Below are positions 17,596 to 26,953 of a stretch of 64,000 nt of DNA, piece after piece; the first letter of the stretch is position 1, and each line of letters starts with the position of its first letter. Position numbers and translations under genes: made by a program. The stretch lies in the IMG/VR virus record IMGVR_UViG_3300046513_000221, positions 1-64,000 of that record, one strand, 5' to 3'. The notes beneath the pieces are model-generated. The model was given only the letters and a program-made list of their open reading frames with translations. It had not been told where the DNA came from and did not search any database.

Positions 17596-19767
17596 TTACA
17601 GGGTACGATTTTCCGGAAAGCTAGATGCTGCAGCCTCCAGGAACAAACGCACCGTGGTGTTGATGTACGCCCTGTTCATCGGGCCGGTACGGGCCAGACG
17701 GACGTTGATCGCACGCGGGTCGATGTGCGGCCACGCGTACTCCAGAACGGACAGTGCTTGCTTCACCGTCAGAGCCGACATGGTACGGCTGCGGATCAGC
17801 TCCGCGAGTTCCCAAGGAGGGGTCTCGGAACTGAAGAACACACCGTTCGCCGCCTCCGCAGGTGCCTTCGGAATGAAGGTGTCCGGGAACTTCACACGGT
17901 TCTTGTGCTGTTCGGCGAACAACTCGAAGTCACGCTTGCGGTTCAGGACATCGACCGCTCCGCTGCCGTGGTTACGGGTCTGCAGCAGATTGATGTAGGT
18001 CTCCAGAGCACTGACAGCCAAGGTGTCCTTGGCACGCAGGATGAAGACCGGCTCGTCGCTCGGGATTGCATGCCCGGTGCTGCGGACGTACAGTACGCCG
18101 TCACTGATCCCGTACTTAGGATCCTGCGACACAGGGAACGTCGCCTTCTTGGTACCGTAGGCGGTGTTCTCGATGTAGCGACGAGACAATTCCTTCATGC
18201 GTAGCAGGACAGCCAGCTCGTGATCGTAGTACGACATGTTGTCGCGACTCTGGTCATCGTCATGCTCGCGAGCGTCCTCGATGTACTTCTTGAACGAATC
18301 GTAGTGCGACACGATGTCCTTCAGAGCCTCGATCGCGCCATAGCTGAAGAACAGTGCACCGTCCACCAGCGGCAGCTTATCGTCGAAGTCCTTGCTGATC
18401 ATGGTCCGCAGAGCCTCGATCATGTAGGGATTGCTGTCAGTGAAGCGTTCCGCGATTTGACTCGCTGCGAAGAACGCATCGTCGCGCCACGCCTGTACCT
18501 CGGCGCGAGTGTAGACACGCTGGCCCTTCTGGAGGGCGCTGCCGTCGCGGTAGTCCTGTGCCAGATTTTTGTCCGCCACCTTGTCCACCGAGCGACCGAT
18601 CTCGGCCAAAACGGTACCAACCTTGTCGCGGATGCCCTCGATGGATACCGACTTCAACACCTCGTCCAAGGCGTTGAGAAGTGCCACCTCTGGCGGCTCG
18701 GAGCGGTAGATGCTGGTCGCCTTGGGGAAGCGGCGGCACAACTCGTCCAACATGTAGCTCAGACGGAGGCTAGGGGTGCCAGCACCGCCATTCTCCAACT
18801 GGTTGATGCGCCACTCCATCCACTTGATGCGGTCGCGTGCGCCGGTGACGACGGCCTCGTGTTGCAGGTCGCCGCGCATCAGCATACGTACCATACCGGC
18901 CATCTCGTCGTGGGACAGATGACCAAAGGCCAGTTCCGACAGCTCCGTGGAGTGCAGAGCGGTGCCGCTCTCGGAAACCGGAACCTGTGGTCCCTCCAGC
19001 AGCTTACGACGCAGATCGTCGGCCTCAGCACGAGATGCCTCCAGAGCCTTGTTCAGGCGATCGACTTCCTTCTCCAGAGCGGAACGACCCGGAGGAGCAC
19101 TGCTGACCTTGCTGTCCTTCAAGTTGAACAGCTGACCGAAGCCGGTCCACTTGCCGTCGTTCCAGTGCTCGACGAAGCGCATGTCGTTTGGCGTGCGGCG
19201 GGTGATGCAGTAGTGGCCGGTGACGCCGTCGGCACGGTCGGTCAGGTACGGAGCGCCGGGGTTTACCATGTCCAGAGGGACCAGATGGAAGCCGACGTTC
19301 AGGTGATTGCCAGTGCCCACGTCGAAGCCGACCTGCGTGTCGGTGATCTCGACGAACTTGCCGAAGAACAGGAATGCCTTGCGGAAGTTCTCGATGGGAG
19401 CAACGCTGTTGATGTCCAGCATGGCCTCGACCTCGTACACCGAGAATGCCTTCGAGTACTCGGCGAATTCCTCGTTCGAGTAGCCACGGTTGACCATCTC
19501 GTTATTGAGCAGGACGGTCAGGCCGGAGCGGAAGTCGATCTGCACACCGCGATCGGTTCCGTGGTCCTCGTCGGTGTTCAGGGAGATGGTCACACGACGT
19601 GCCAGCATGTCTTCGAGCAGCATCCACAACATGTCGTAGACGGCATTGTAGGCTTTTGTAGGATCCTTGAGCTGGAGCTCCACCTCGATCGGAGGGTTGA
19701 AGGCGGTGAAGCTTACACGGACGTTCTGACCCTCTTCGTGGGGCAGGATTTTATACGAGAAAAGCAT
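17596..19767 (-). CDS. large mosaic hypothetical protein, ~723 aa
   Basis: Start MLFSYK with TTTGGGAGTA; coiled coil; C-terminal IPSDEPVFILRAKD phage module. Confidence 0.7.
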   Translation of the reverse strand: MLFSYKILPHEEGQNVRVSFTAFNPPIEVELQLKDPTKAYNAVYDMLWMLLEDMLARRVTISLNTDEDHGTDRGVQIDFRSGLTVLLNNEMVNRGYSNEEFAEYSKAFSVYEVEAMLDINSVAPIENFRKAFLFFGKFVEITDTQVGFDVGTGNHLNVGFHLVPLDMVNPGAPYLTDRADGVTGHYCITRRTPNDMRFVEHWNDGKWTGFGQLFNLKDSKVSSAPPGRSALEKEVDRLNKALEASRAEADDLRRKLLEGPQVPVSESGTALHSTELSELAFGHLSHDEMAGMVRMLMRGDLQHEAVVTGARDRIKWMEWRINQLENGGAGTPSLRLSYMLDELCRRFPKATSIYRSEPPEVALLNALDEVLKSVSIEGIRDKVGTVLAEIGRSVDKVADKNLAQDYRDGSALQKGQRVYTRAEVQAWRDDAFFAASQIAERFTDSNPYMIEALRTMISKDFDDKLPLVDGALFFSYGAIEALKDIVSHYDSFKKYIEDAREHDDDQSRDNMSYYDHELAVLLRMKELSRRYIENTAYGTKKATFPVSQDPKYGISDGVLYVRSTGHAIPSDEPVFILRAKDTLAVSALETYINLLQTRNHGSGAVDVLNRKRDFELFAEQHKNRVKFPDTFIPKAPAEAANGVFFSSETPPWELAELIRSRTMSALTVKQALSVLEYAWPHIDPRAINVRLARTGPMNRAYINTTVRLFLEAAASSFPENRTL

Positions 19768-19781
19768 TTGTACTCCCAAAA

Positions 19782-20261
19782 TTATTCGTGATCTTCGTCT
19801 GCCGGTTCCATCTCAACGAGGCGGATACCGTAGTCTTTGTTGTCGCCGTTCATGCCGACAGTCTTGTGGATGAACAGGAGGCGACGGAGGATCTCCACCG
19901 CATCGCCGTTCAGGTTGATGCCGTTCAGCAGCTGGTTGCGGATCTGATCGCCCTCGCGGACGAGACTGGCGCTGTTCTCCTCCAGATGCTCAGGAATCTC
20001 CTTCTCATCGACGATGCGAGGAGCCAGCTCCATACGGAACTTCTCCATCAGCTTGAGCTTCTCCTCGTCGCGGACCTGCCAGATGTGCTCGATCATGGCG
20101 TCCTTACCGCGCAGACCGCCCTCGATCCGCTTGGCCTTGGCGAGGATCCCGGCCTCGTCGCTCTCGTTTGCGACCACATGGATCACGGACGGGAAACCCG
20201 GTGCGGCGCACCAGAACTCCACGCGGTAGTACTCCATCGGCTTACGTGCAAATAAACTCAT
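19782..20261 (-). CDS. hypothetical protein, 159 aa
   Basis: First gene after the 20304 promoter motif. Confidence 0.7.
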   Translation of the reverse strand: MSLFARKPMEYYRVEFWCAAPGFPSVIHVVANESDEAGILAKAKRIEGGLRGKDAMIEHIWQVRDEEKLKLMEKFRMELAPRIVDEKEIPEHLEENSASLVREGDQIRNQLLNGINLNGDAVEILRRLLFIHKTVGMNGDNKDYGIRLVEMEPADEDHE

Positions 20262-20303
20262 AGCTCTACTTCCAATTAAAAAGTCAACGCATAACCCATA
20301 TGA

Positions 20304-20312
20304 ATAATATAT
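20304..20312 (-). promoter_or_regulatory. putative early promoter ATATATTAT
   Basis: Motif copy about 40 nt upstream of the 20261 start. Confidence 0.6.
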
Positions 20313-20336
20313 GAGCTATGCGTCTTTCAGATCGAT

Positions 20337-21509
20337 TTACGCCGCCAGAGCGAACATGTCGTCAACTGGACCCGGCAGCGGTTTGGCGTCCTTCAGGTCG
20401 GTCTTGGTCTTGGTCAGAGGATCATCGACCAGACTGCGAGCACGACCGCGCTGAGAACCCTTGCTGCTGCGGGTCTTGCAACCGCCGCCGACGCGCTTCG
20501 TGAACTTGAAGAAGTCCTCCGGGATGAAGGCAGTCAGGGTCTTCGTCTCGGCGTCATAAACGAAGGATGCATTGATGCCGACTTGTACCTCGTCGAACTT
20601 CTCCAGATCTGGCTCGGAGATATTCGACTGCGCCAGAGTCGAGGACTGTACTGCGCCCTGTGCCGTCAGCTTGAAGCCCTTCGGATGGGCCTTCAGCACC
20701 AACATCTGGTTCTTGTCCAGCTCGACGGAGATGTTGCGACCATTGTTGGCGTCGTCGATGTACAGGGAGTCAGCAATCTCCTTGACCATCTTCGAGCCGA
20801 AGGTCACGGTCAGACGACCGAGATTATCGCCCTTGATCTTGCGGTTGTAGCTATAAAACAGCTTCGCCACGATGCGATGATGGTTCGGATACACCGAGTC
20901 CATCAGGAACTTCACCGGGTCGGCGCGGATCAGAGCGATCTGGTCGCTAAACCACAGGCGCAGCTCTGGGTATTTCAGCTGGTTGACCAGACGCGTGTAG
21001 ATTGCCAGATACTCCTTGCCGGATTGGATGATACGGTATCCGGTGCCACGGGAGCCGTCGTTCGTGAAGACCATCTCATGGATGTCGAAGAACGGATGTT
21101 CAGCCAGCGGTGTCTTGCGAGAGCAGCTGTAGAGCGACTTCATGCCGAAGCCGGTCTGCGTGATCTTCATCGCGCCACCCTTCTTACCCTTGCTCTTGAA
21201 CCACAAAGGGATAACCGGGGCGTAACGCTTACCTTCCTTCAGATCGGGGGCCGGGAAGCGGGTACCGGTGTCCATCTGACCGTGACCGTCAGCGGCCAGA
21301 GTCATGGCCCAGATACGGGTGAAGAGTCCTTCGTTGCCGTTCCCGGCACCGTTGCTCTTGCGCAGCCCCTTCGTCACCAGCTCCAGCGATGGCAGCGCGA
21401 TGCGGGACATCGCTCGGAGGATCGGGTCGTTGCGCGAGATCGTCGGCAGGTTCTTAAAGCGGAAGGTGTCCTCGACGCCTTCGATGGTTGCTTGATTGGT
21501 GTCTTTCAT
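20337..21509 (-). CDS. hypothetical protein with ssrA-like C-terminus (DDMFALAA), 390 aa
   Basis: Long biased ORF; ATGA-coupled to the upstream oxygenase gene. Confidence 0.7.
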   Translation of the reverse strand: MKDTNQATIEGVEDTFRFKNLPTISRNDPILRAMSRIALPSLELVTKGLRKSNGAGNGNEGLFTRIWAMTLAADGHGQMDTGTRFPAPDLKEGKRYAPVIPLWFKSKGKKGGAMKITQTGFGMKSLYSCSRKTPLAEHPFFDIHEMVFTNDGSRGTGYRIIQSGKEYLAIYTRLVNQLKYPELRLWFSDQIALIRADPVKFLMDSVYPNHHRIVAKLFYSYNRKIKGDNLGRLTVTFGSKMVKEIADSLYIDDANNGRNISVELDKNQMLVLKAHPKGFKLTAQGAVQSSTLAQSNISEPDLEKFDEVQVGINASFVYDAETKTLTAFIPEDFFKFTKRVGGGCKTRSSKGSQRGRARSLVDDPLTKTKTDLKDAKPLPGPVDDMFALAA

Positions 21510-22252
21510 TTTTCTTCTTTCTTCATTGGTAGAGTGATGACGCCGGTGAGAGGATTCAGGATCTGGTCGGACTGTCCGCGAAGCGACAGATCGATCTTGC
21601 CCTTGAAGAATTCCTTCTCGTGGTATGCCACCCCCATGAGGTCTCGCAGTGCGGGTAGTTCGTAGGAGAAGAAGCCAGCCCAGTACATCTGGAAGCAGCT
21701 GCTCTCGAACTCCTTCTCGGAGAACGAGTCCTTACCCTTCTTGACAACGCCATGGACGTTGCCGGTGTCGAATATCACATGAGTTCCTCGTCGGAGTGGA
21801 ACCCTTACTCCCGAGAGCGGGAAAAGCAGATCCCACTCCTCGTCATCTTCCATCCAGTGGACGAAGAAAGCCTTGTCGGCGAACAGCTCGTAGCTAGTGT
21901 CTACGTGAAAAAAAGAACCTTCACACGCGTTCAGCGCGGGTTCACTACACTTGTCGTTATCTTCACACAACAGCCCCACCTCCTCCGCCCGTAGGCGGAG
22001 GAGGTTAGTGTAGGGATTTGGGGATGCTATGTGTGACGTGAAGACGTCACCGGTACCGGCCAGTGGGTTGGCCGCGTGAAGTTGGTCGATCCAAGAAGCA
22101 TAGAGCTCCTCGTTAATCGCTGGTGTGTCGATATGAGCGGTAATCACTTTGAGGCTCACATTGCGGGCATTCCCCTTGGGGAGCGCAACGTAGAGTTGAT
22201 TCGCTACATCGACACCCTTTTGTATTCCAGGTATCGCACTACTATCCATCAT
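21506..22252 (-). CDS. putative 2-oxoglutarate/Fe(II)-dependent dioxygenase, 248 aa
   Basis: HVD (HxD) motif followed by LRRGTHVIFDTGNVHG (distal His). The canonical 2OG-binding Arg is not obvious. Confidence 0.55.
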   Translation of the reverse strand: MMDSSAIPGIQKGVDVANQLYVALPKGNARNVSLKVITAHIDTPAINEELYASWIDQLHAANPLAGTGDVFTSHIASPNPYTNLLRLRAEEVGLLCEDNDKCSEPALNACEGSFFHVDTSYELFADKAFFVHWMEDDEEWDLLFPLSGVRVPLRRGTHVIFDTGNVHGVVKKGKDSFSEKEFESSCFQMYWAGFFSYELPALRDLMGVAYHEKEFFKGKIDLSLRGQSDQILNPLTGVITLPMKKEEK

Positions 22253-22259
22253 TCACCTC

Positions 22260-23315
22260 TACACACAAATACTCCCAAATAGTCATCGGTTCGGTGGTCA
22301 CAGCCGTGATCCGTACTGGCATCTAGCTATTCCCTTCGTACTGAAGGAATTCGAAGTCGTGACTATTTCTAAACATGGATCGAATTACCTTGCCTAACGG
22401 TAACTTTTCGATCCTGCGCGTGTAATGATGCACCCGTTGAGTGCATGCCCAACGCATGACGCCGATGTTGAACATCCGTGACGTCATCTCCCGGAGATCC
22501 GGGACCGGAACCATCTTCTACCGACTCGCACCCAAGCGCTCGGTCTCCCACCACGGCCATGCAGCCAACGGGATGGTGAAGACGGGTGTTGTAGACTTCA
22601 CCTTTCGGTGTCGCCTCCTGAAGCAGCTGTTCTACCGCCGCTTTGGTGTTGGTATCGCCGACTTTGATGTCGACTAACGGGAAACCATCCGATACAGCAT
22701 GGACGGAATGGGTGCTACCGTTGAGGGAGGTCGTGACCTCTGCCTCGGGCGCTGCTAAACTAGCGCCTTCTTTTATACCGGAACACACAAAATACCTCTA
22801 CTGAAGCATACTGCAATGATACTCTCGGAGTTAGGCAACGACTTCTTACCGTTCCGTGGTTGCAGGGAAATCCTGCACTTGCGACCGATTCGCTTACACT
22901 TGACTTGGATGCCACACATCCGTTGTTGCCAAGTAGGGAATTCACGGCCTTGTATTTGGCGCTAGCATCTTTCCGGGACACAGCTGGTTCACGTACCTGC
23001 GACGGGTGAGAACGCCCGGTACCTTACGAAAAACCATCACGCCTTGCCCTTCCGGGCTGTATCACGAGTACGGAGACGAACCGGGTCTCACCCCGATTTG
23101 ATCGTCTCCGCGCCTGAAGGATCCTACTCTCCAGACTAGCCCCGTGTTGTTGATGAAACGACATCCCTCTCTTGAGTTCAGCCGTACCTCCACGTCACGC
23201 CATCGCCGGAACTCCGGTTGCGCGTGGAATTGTATGAAGTACCTCCGATTACGGATTAACATCCGATCGTCGAACGAGTCCGTCAGGTATCAGGCCTCCA
23301 ATCGACGACCACCAG
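22260..23315 (-). ncRNA. candidate ~1-kb highly structured non-coding RNA
   Basis: 1-kb gap in a dense gene array with more than 15 hairpins; GAAA and GGAA tetraloops and G-U pairs on the minus strand; long-range complementary segments. Confidence 0.55.
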
Positions 23316-23319
23316 TACT

Positions 23320-23706
23320 CTACAGATCTTGCATAATCTCTGCCATGGTGCGTGATGCACCGACGAAGCACATTGTCTTACCGAAGCTATCATCGTACGT
23401 ATGCTCAGAATCGAGCATACGCTTCCACATGGCGTGATTGTACGCCATAGCGTACTCACCGTAGTAGAAGTCCTGCCGGATGATCACGGTCTTCCAACCG
23501 CGCTTCGATGCGAACTGTGCTGCCGTCACAACCAACTCATCGTCAGATACCTTGCGCGAGACAAGGCCATCAAACGGGAGCAGTACAACCCTGATGGAGC
23601 GGCGACCTACACCGCTCACAATGTACGACGGATGGATATCCAATCCGTACGGACGGCGGGTTTGATCCGCGTCACGTTTCTGTCTCACGATGTGAGGCTG
23701 TTTCAT
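23320..23706 (-). CDS. hypothetical protein (paralog of 28806..29129), 128 aa
   Basis: ASKRGWKTVI..D..YGE.A..YN.AM motif. Confidence 0.7.
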   Translation of the reverse strand: MKQPHIVRQKRDADQTRRPYGLDIHPSYIVSGVGRRSIRVVLLPFDGLVSRKVSDDELVVTAAQFASKRGWKTVIIRQDFYYGEYAMAYNHAMWKRMLDSEHTYDDSFGKTMCFVGASRTMAEIMQDL

Positions 23707-23766
23707 ACTTCTTTTCTCCCAGAGGCTTATGTAGCCACGAACAGGCGGGTCTCCCCGCCCTCAGAA

Positions 23767-24324
23767 TTACTTTTTGAGCCGCTTCAGCTCGTAGAACTGG
23801 CACAGGTCGCTGACGAACTCGTTCTTGGTCGCATCTTCGATGATGTCTTCCAGCAATGCAAAGGTATGATTCACCCGCATTCTTACATCACCCGGTGCCG
23901 TGAACTCGACGTTCTCCTCGTTGAGGACGAAGAACGCTTGTCGGATGGCCGACATCATGCGGAAGATCAACGGCAGAGCCTTGTGCAGCTCGTCGTGGGT
24001 TCCCATGATGCTCTGAACGACCTCGATGTACTTGCGGTCCTGCATGGCAAGCACGTCATCAGCCTTACCCATCAGCTGCTTGTAGATCTCGCGCTGCTCT
24101 ACCGGTACACGTCCCTCAGTGTACTCGGTGTGCATGTGCGCCACGGCGGTCTTGATGACGCCGGAGAAATCAGCCAGTTGGCAGGACTTTGCCGCCACAA
24201 GGGCTTCCAAATGTTGAGCGCGTTTGTTCGCTTCTTCATAGCGTGCCCAGCCTTGATCAGCCGAGAGTTGCAGGGCTGCAATTACACGATGCAGACGGGT
24301 CTCTTCTTCGTTTTTGACTTCCAT
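23767..24324 (-). CDS. coiled-coil hypothetical protein, 185 aa
   Basis: Start moved to MEVKNEE (GGGAG RBS), because the upstream ATG abuts the promoter. Confidence 0.65.
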   Translation of the reverse strand: MEVKNEEETRLHRVIAALQLSADQGWARYEEANKRAQHLEALVAAKSCQLADFSGVIKTAVAHMHTEYTEGRVPVEQREIYKQLMGKADDVLAMQDRKYIEVVQSIMGTHDELHKALPLIFRMMSAIRQAFFVLNEENVEFTAPGDVRMRVNHTFALLEDIIEDATKNEFVSDLCQFYELKRLKK

Positions 24325-24388
24325 GATGCTCCCATAGGTACTAAATTCTTGAGTTTTCGAGTCTCCACTCGGATTTCTCTTCATTTTT

Positions 24389-24397
24389 ATAATATAT
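24389..24397 (-). promoter_or_regulatory. putative early promoter ATATATTAT
   Basis: Motif copy. Confidence 0.6.
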
Positions 24398-24430
24398 TCC
24401 CGGATGCCACGTCAATTTCGTTTTTGACGT

Positions 24431-24709
24431 TTAGGCTGGCACCGGGGCTTTTGCGGAGGCCTTGAAGGTCTTCAACGCTTGTTTCTGCCACTGCCAGAAC
24501 CATTCGCGATCCTCTTGCGAGTACATGCGCTCGTAGTCGGCAGTGGTCTTGTTATACACCATCTCAGCATGCGATGGGGCGGGTTTTTGGGTCTTCTCGC
24601 ATATTCGCTTGATGTTTTGCTTCTTCTCTTGAGCATCTTTCTCGATAGCAGCAGCCAGATCGCAGCCGTCAGCGTAGAAGACGTCTTTGTAGACCTTGAG
24701 TTTCATCAC
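24431..24709 (-). CDS. hypothetical protein, 92 aa
   Basis: AAGGAGAG RBS. Confidence 0.65.
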   Translation of the reverse strand: MMKLKVYKDVFYADGCDLAAAIEKDAQEKKQNIKRICEKTQKPAPSHAEMVYNKTTADYERMYSQEDREWFWQWQKQALKTFKASAKAPVPA

Positions 24710-24714
24710 TCTCC

Positions 24715-25281
24715 TTACACAATGTTGGGGTTGTCTACATGGGCGAAACGCATGTTGCTCGGATGCGGAACGCCCTCGATTGCCACGGTACCGCGACCCT
24801 TGGAACTGAGGTACTTCTCCAGATGGTTGCGACGCACATAGGCGTGGCCGGGAATGCCCGGAGGCAGGGGATCGCCTTCCTTCACGCCGGTCTGGTCAAT
24901 CTCGACAACACCGACGCGACCTGCGGTCAGGATGACCTTCTGGCCCTCGTAGGTACCCATAGCGACAGCGCTGGTCTGCTTGCCACTGATGACGAAGCCG
25001 TCGTGGGCGATCAGGACGTCCTCATCCGTGGTCTCACGGACGAAGAAGAACTTCGGGTTCGAGAAGTTCGTCTCGGTGCGCTCGGAATTCTGGAAATAAC
25101 GAATCCCGGTGATCATCACCTCGACAGTGGCGTCGCGTTCCGGCATCTGCCGCATACGGTCGAACAGGCACAGAATGCCCACGTACTCGTAGCTGACTTT
25201 GCCGTCAACGTTCTCCACCCCGCTCAGTTTCGCAATGACCTTATCCTTCTCGAAACGGTCGGGTTTGGTCGTTACTTTCAT
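24715..25281 (-). CDS. hypothetical protein, 188 aa
   Basis: GGGGAGTA RBS. Confidence 0.7.
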   Translation of the reverse strand: MKVTTKPDRFEKDKVIAKLSGVENVDGKVSYEYVGILCLFDRMRQMPERDATVEVMITGIRYFQNSERTETNFSNPKFFFVRETTDEDVLIAHDGFVISGKQTSAVAMGTYEGQKVILTAGRVGVVEIDQTGVKEGDPLPPGIPGHAYVRRNHLEKYLSSKGRGTVAIEGVPHPSNMRFAHVDNPNIV

Positions 25282-25386
25282 TTTGTACTCCCTTTATGTG
25301 TACTCTTGGAATCCCCTGTTACCCTCGGATCCACTCAGGTTTGTTTACCCATCCCGGCCAATTTCGGGATGGATTACTTCGGAACC

Positions 25387-25659
25387 CTAGTCAGTACTAC
25401 CGGGCCGACTAGGGTGTTTCTGGATCAGTTCCTCGACCAGCTCTTTGAAGGCTTTCTTGTCCTTCGCGAGCAGGTTCCGGAACCGATTACGTAGACTGAA
25501 GGCCTCTTGGCCCCTGATCCACTTGGACTGAAAGTTCTTTCCCGATTTGTCAGTCAGGAAGACGTACAGTTCACCGGCACCGCCATGGACGGAATGATGA
25601 GGCAGCTTGTTCCAAGCACCAGTTTCAAGACGCTCTGCTGCTTTGATCTTGCGACTCAT
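25387..25659 (-). CDS. hypothetical protein, 90 aa
   Basis: ATGA coupling; followed by hairpin CCATCCCG/CGGGATGG. Confidence 0.65.
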   Translation of the reverse strand: MSRKIKAAERLETGAWNKLPHHSVHGGAGELYVFLTDKSGKNFQSKWIRGQEAFSLRNRFRNLLAKDKKAFKELVEELIQKHPSRPGSTD

Positions 25660-25898
25660 TTATTCTCCACTTCGGTCATTTCCTTGATATCGGACATCGA
25701 TACTAGCGTACCGCTGATGTCGAGACGACGGCGGAAGACGCCGAGTACCTTCCCGCTTTGAGGGAAGAAGTAACCACGTCCGCTCTTGTCGATGTCCTGA
25801 TCTCGGAGGTATTTCACGTTCTTTCCGATCAAGGCTTTCGCCTCGACGGAAGTTGTGGGGCGAACGTTAGCCCCGGTAAGTATCCTGCAGTCTGCCAT
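25656..25898 (-). CDS. hypothetical protein, 80 aa
   Basis: Operon spacing. Confidence 0.65.
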   Translation of the reverse strand: MADCRILTGANVRPTTSVEAKALIGKNVKYLRDQDIDKSGRGYFFPQSGKVLGVFRRRLDISGTLVSMSDIKEMTEVENK

Positions 25899-25899
25899 T

Positions 25900-26667
25900 T
25901 CAGGTAACGTTCAGATGATGCACGTTGGCGCGCTTGGTGATGGCCCCGATGTTGTCGAGGGTCATCTGGATCAGCAGCGCGGTATCCGCGTCTCCCTCGT
26001 CGCGCATCTTGTCGAGGTTGACTTGGCTCATGGCCGAGAAGGTGGAGAGCTTCAGGACGCTCATGTTACGGTTCAGCTTCCCCAGCTCCGTGTTCAGGGC
26101 TGGGTCGGCAGAGTGGTCATGAGCGTAGTTGTAGTTCATGCGGGTGTCACGCCACGTATCCGGACGCTTGTAGTCCCAGGCCCGTGCGAAGACGTAACCG
26201 ATGTCATCGGCATCGTCCAGCGAGAAGCCGAAGCCGCCGAGGTTGACCGCGTCGAACGCCTTGCTTTCCTTCTTCCAACGCTGCCAACGCAGGAACGGTC
26301 CCCAGACCTGCTCGTGGCAGGTACCTTCCGGCGCGTAGATCACGAAGTTCTCGTCGATGGTGGCGAAGTTGTGGGTCTTGGTGTAGCCCCGGAACTCCTC
26401 GCTGCCGTCGATCAGTTTATTGATCATTTCCATCTCGTTAGCCGAGGCACCGATGAGCAGGTACTTACGGATTTTGATGGAGCGCTCAGTCAGGGGAGAT
26501 GCGGTCAAGACGAAGCCGCGATCGCTGCCGTGCTGGATGACGCTGACGGACTGGGCTGGGCCGATGTTGGCGACCGCCATCTTGTACTCCTTCAGCTTGT
26601 CCGGCGCGGAGCCGATGCTGTGGATGGTGGCGGAGGCGATATCGGTTTTACGCAGTGGCAAAGACAT
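25900..26667 (-). CDS. hypothetical protein, 255 aa
   Basis: Biased ORF, AAGGGAAA RBS. Confidence 0.7.
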   Translation of the reverse strand: MSLPLRKTDIASATIHSIGSAPDKLKEYKMAVANIGPAQSVSVIQHGSDRGFVLTASPLTERSIKIRKYLLIGASANEMEMINKLIDGSEEFRGYTKTHNFATIDENFVIYAPEGTCHEQVWGPFLRWQRWKKESKAFDAVNLGGFGFSLDDADDIGYVFARAWDYKRPDTWRDTRMNYNYAHDHSADPALNTELGKLNRNMSVLKLSTFSAMSQVNLDKMRDEGDADTALLIQMTLDNIGAITKRANVHHLNVT

Positions 26668-26769
26668 GGTTTTTCCCTTCGAAAGTGTATGGATGAGGGT
26701 ATGCCCTTGATGGCATACCCACTTTGTATTAGTCTACTAAATCTATGACTTAGACTGTTACTTTTCGGA

Positions 26770-26901
26770 CTACGAGTCCGCGTACGGACGGATAACACCC
26801 GGTTTCTTCCGGTTGCCAGAGCCGTACGCATCCATCACATCGGGGATTGGTACGAATTCGTTTGCGCCCTTGTTGAGCAGGCGGCTTGCATTGCTTTCCA
26901 T
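26770..26901 (-). CDS. 43-aa microprotein
   Basis: MESNASRLLNKGANEFVPIPDVMDAYGSGNRKKPGVIRPYADS, preceded by the TTTGGGAGTA RBS motif. Confidence 0.5.
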   Translation of the reverse strand: MESNASRLLNKGANEFVPIPDVMDAYGSGNRKKPGVIRPYADS

Positions 26902-26953
26902 AAATACTCCCAAATATTGCAAAAGAACGTGGTTAGAGACGCTCTGCTCTTTG

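Noticed and set aside
4364-22404. Shared 10-mer TAACGGTAAC in both long non-coding regions (4364 and 22395)
   Set aside because: A 10-mer match between about 650 and 1050 nt is expected by chance at roughly 0.6, so it is not evidence of homology without an alignment.
22369-22788. 139-aa ORF (and 23062..23262) inside the structured region
   Set aside because: No RBS, no phage codon bias, no motifs; the sequence is better explained by base pairing.
22260-23315. Group I intron, group II intron or RNase P RNA as the identity of the 1-kb region
   Set aside because: TAGTC precedes GACTA on both strands (wrong order for P7), there is no convincing domain V or GUGYG start, no GAGGAAAGUCC, and no interrupted gene flanks it.
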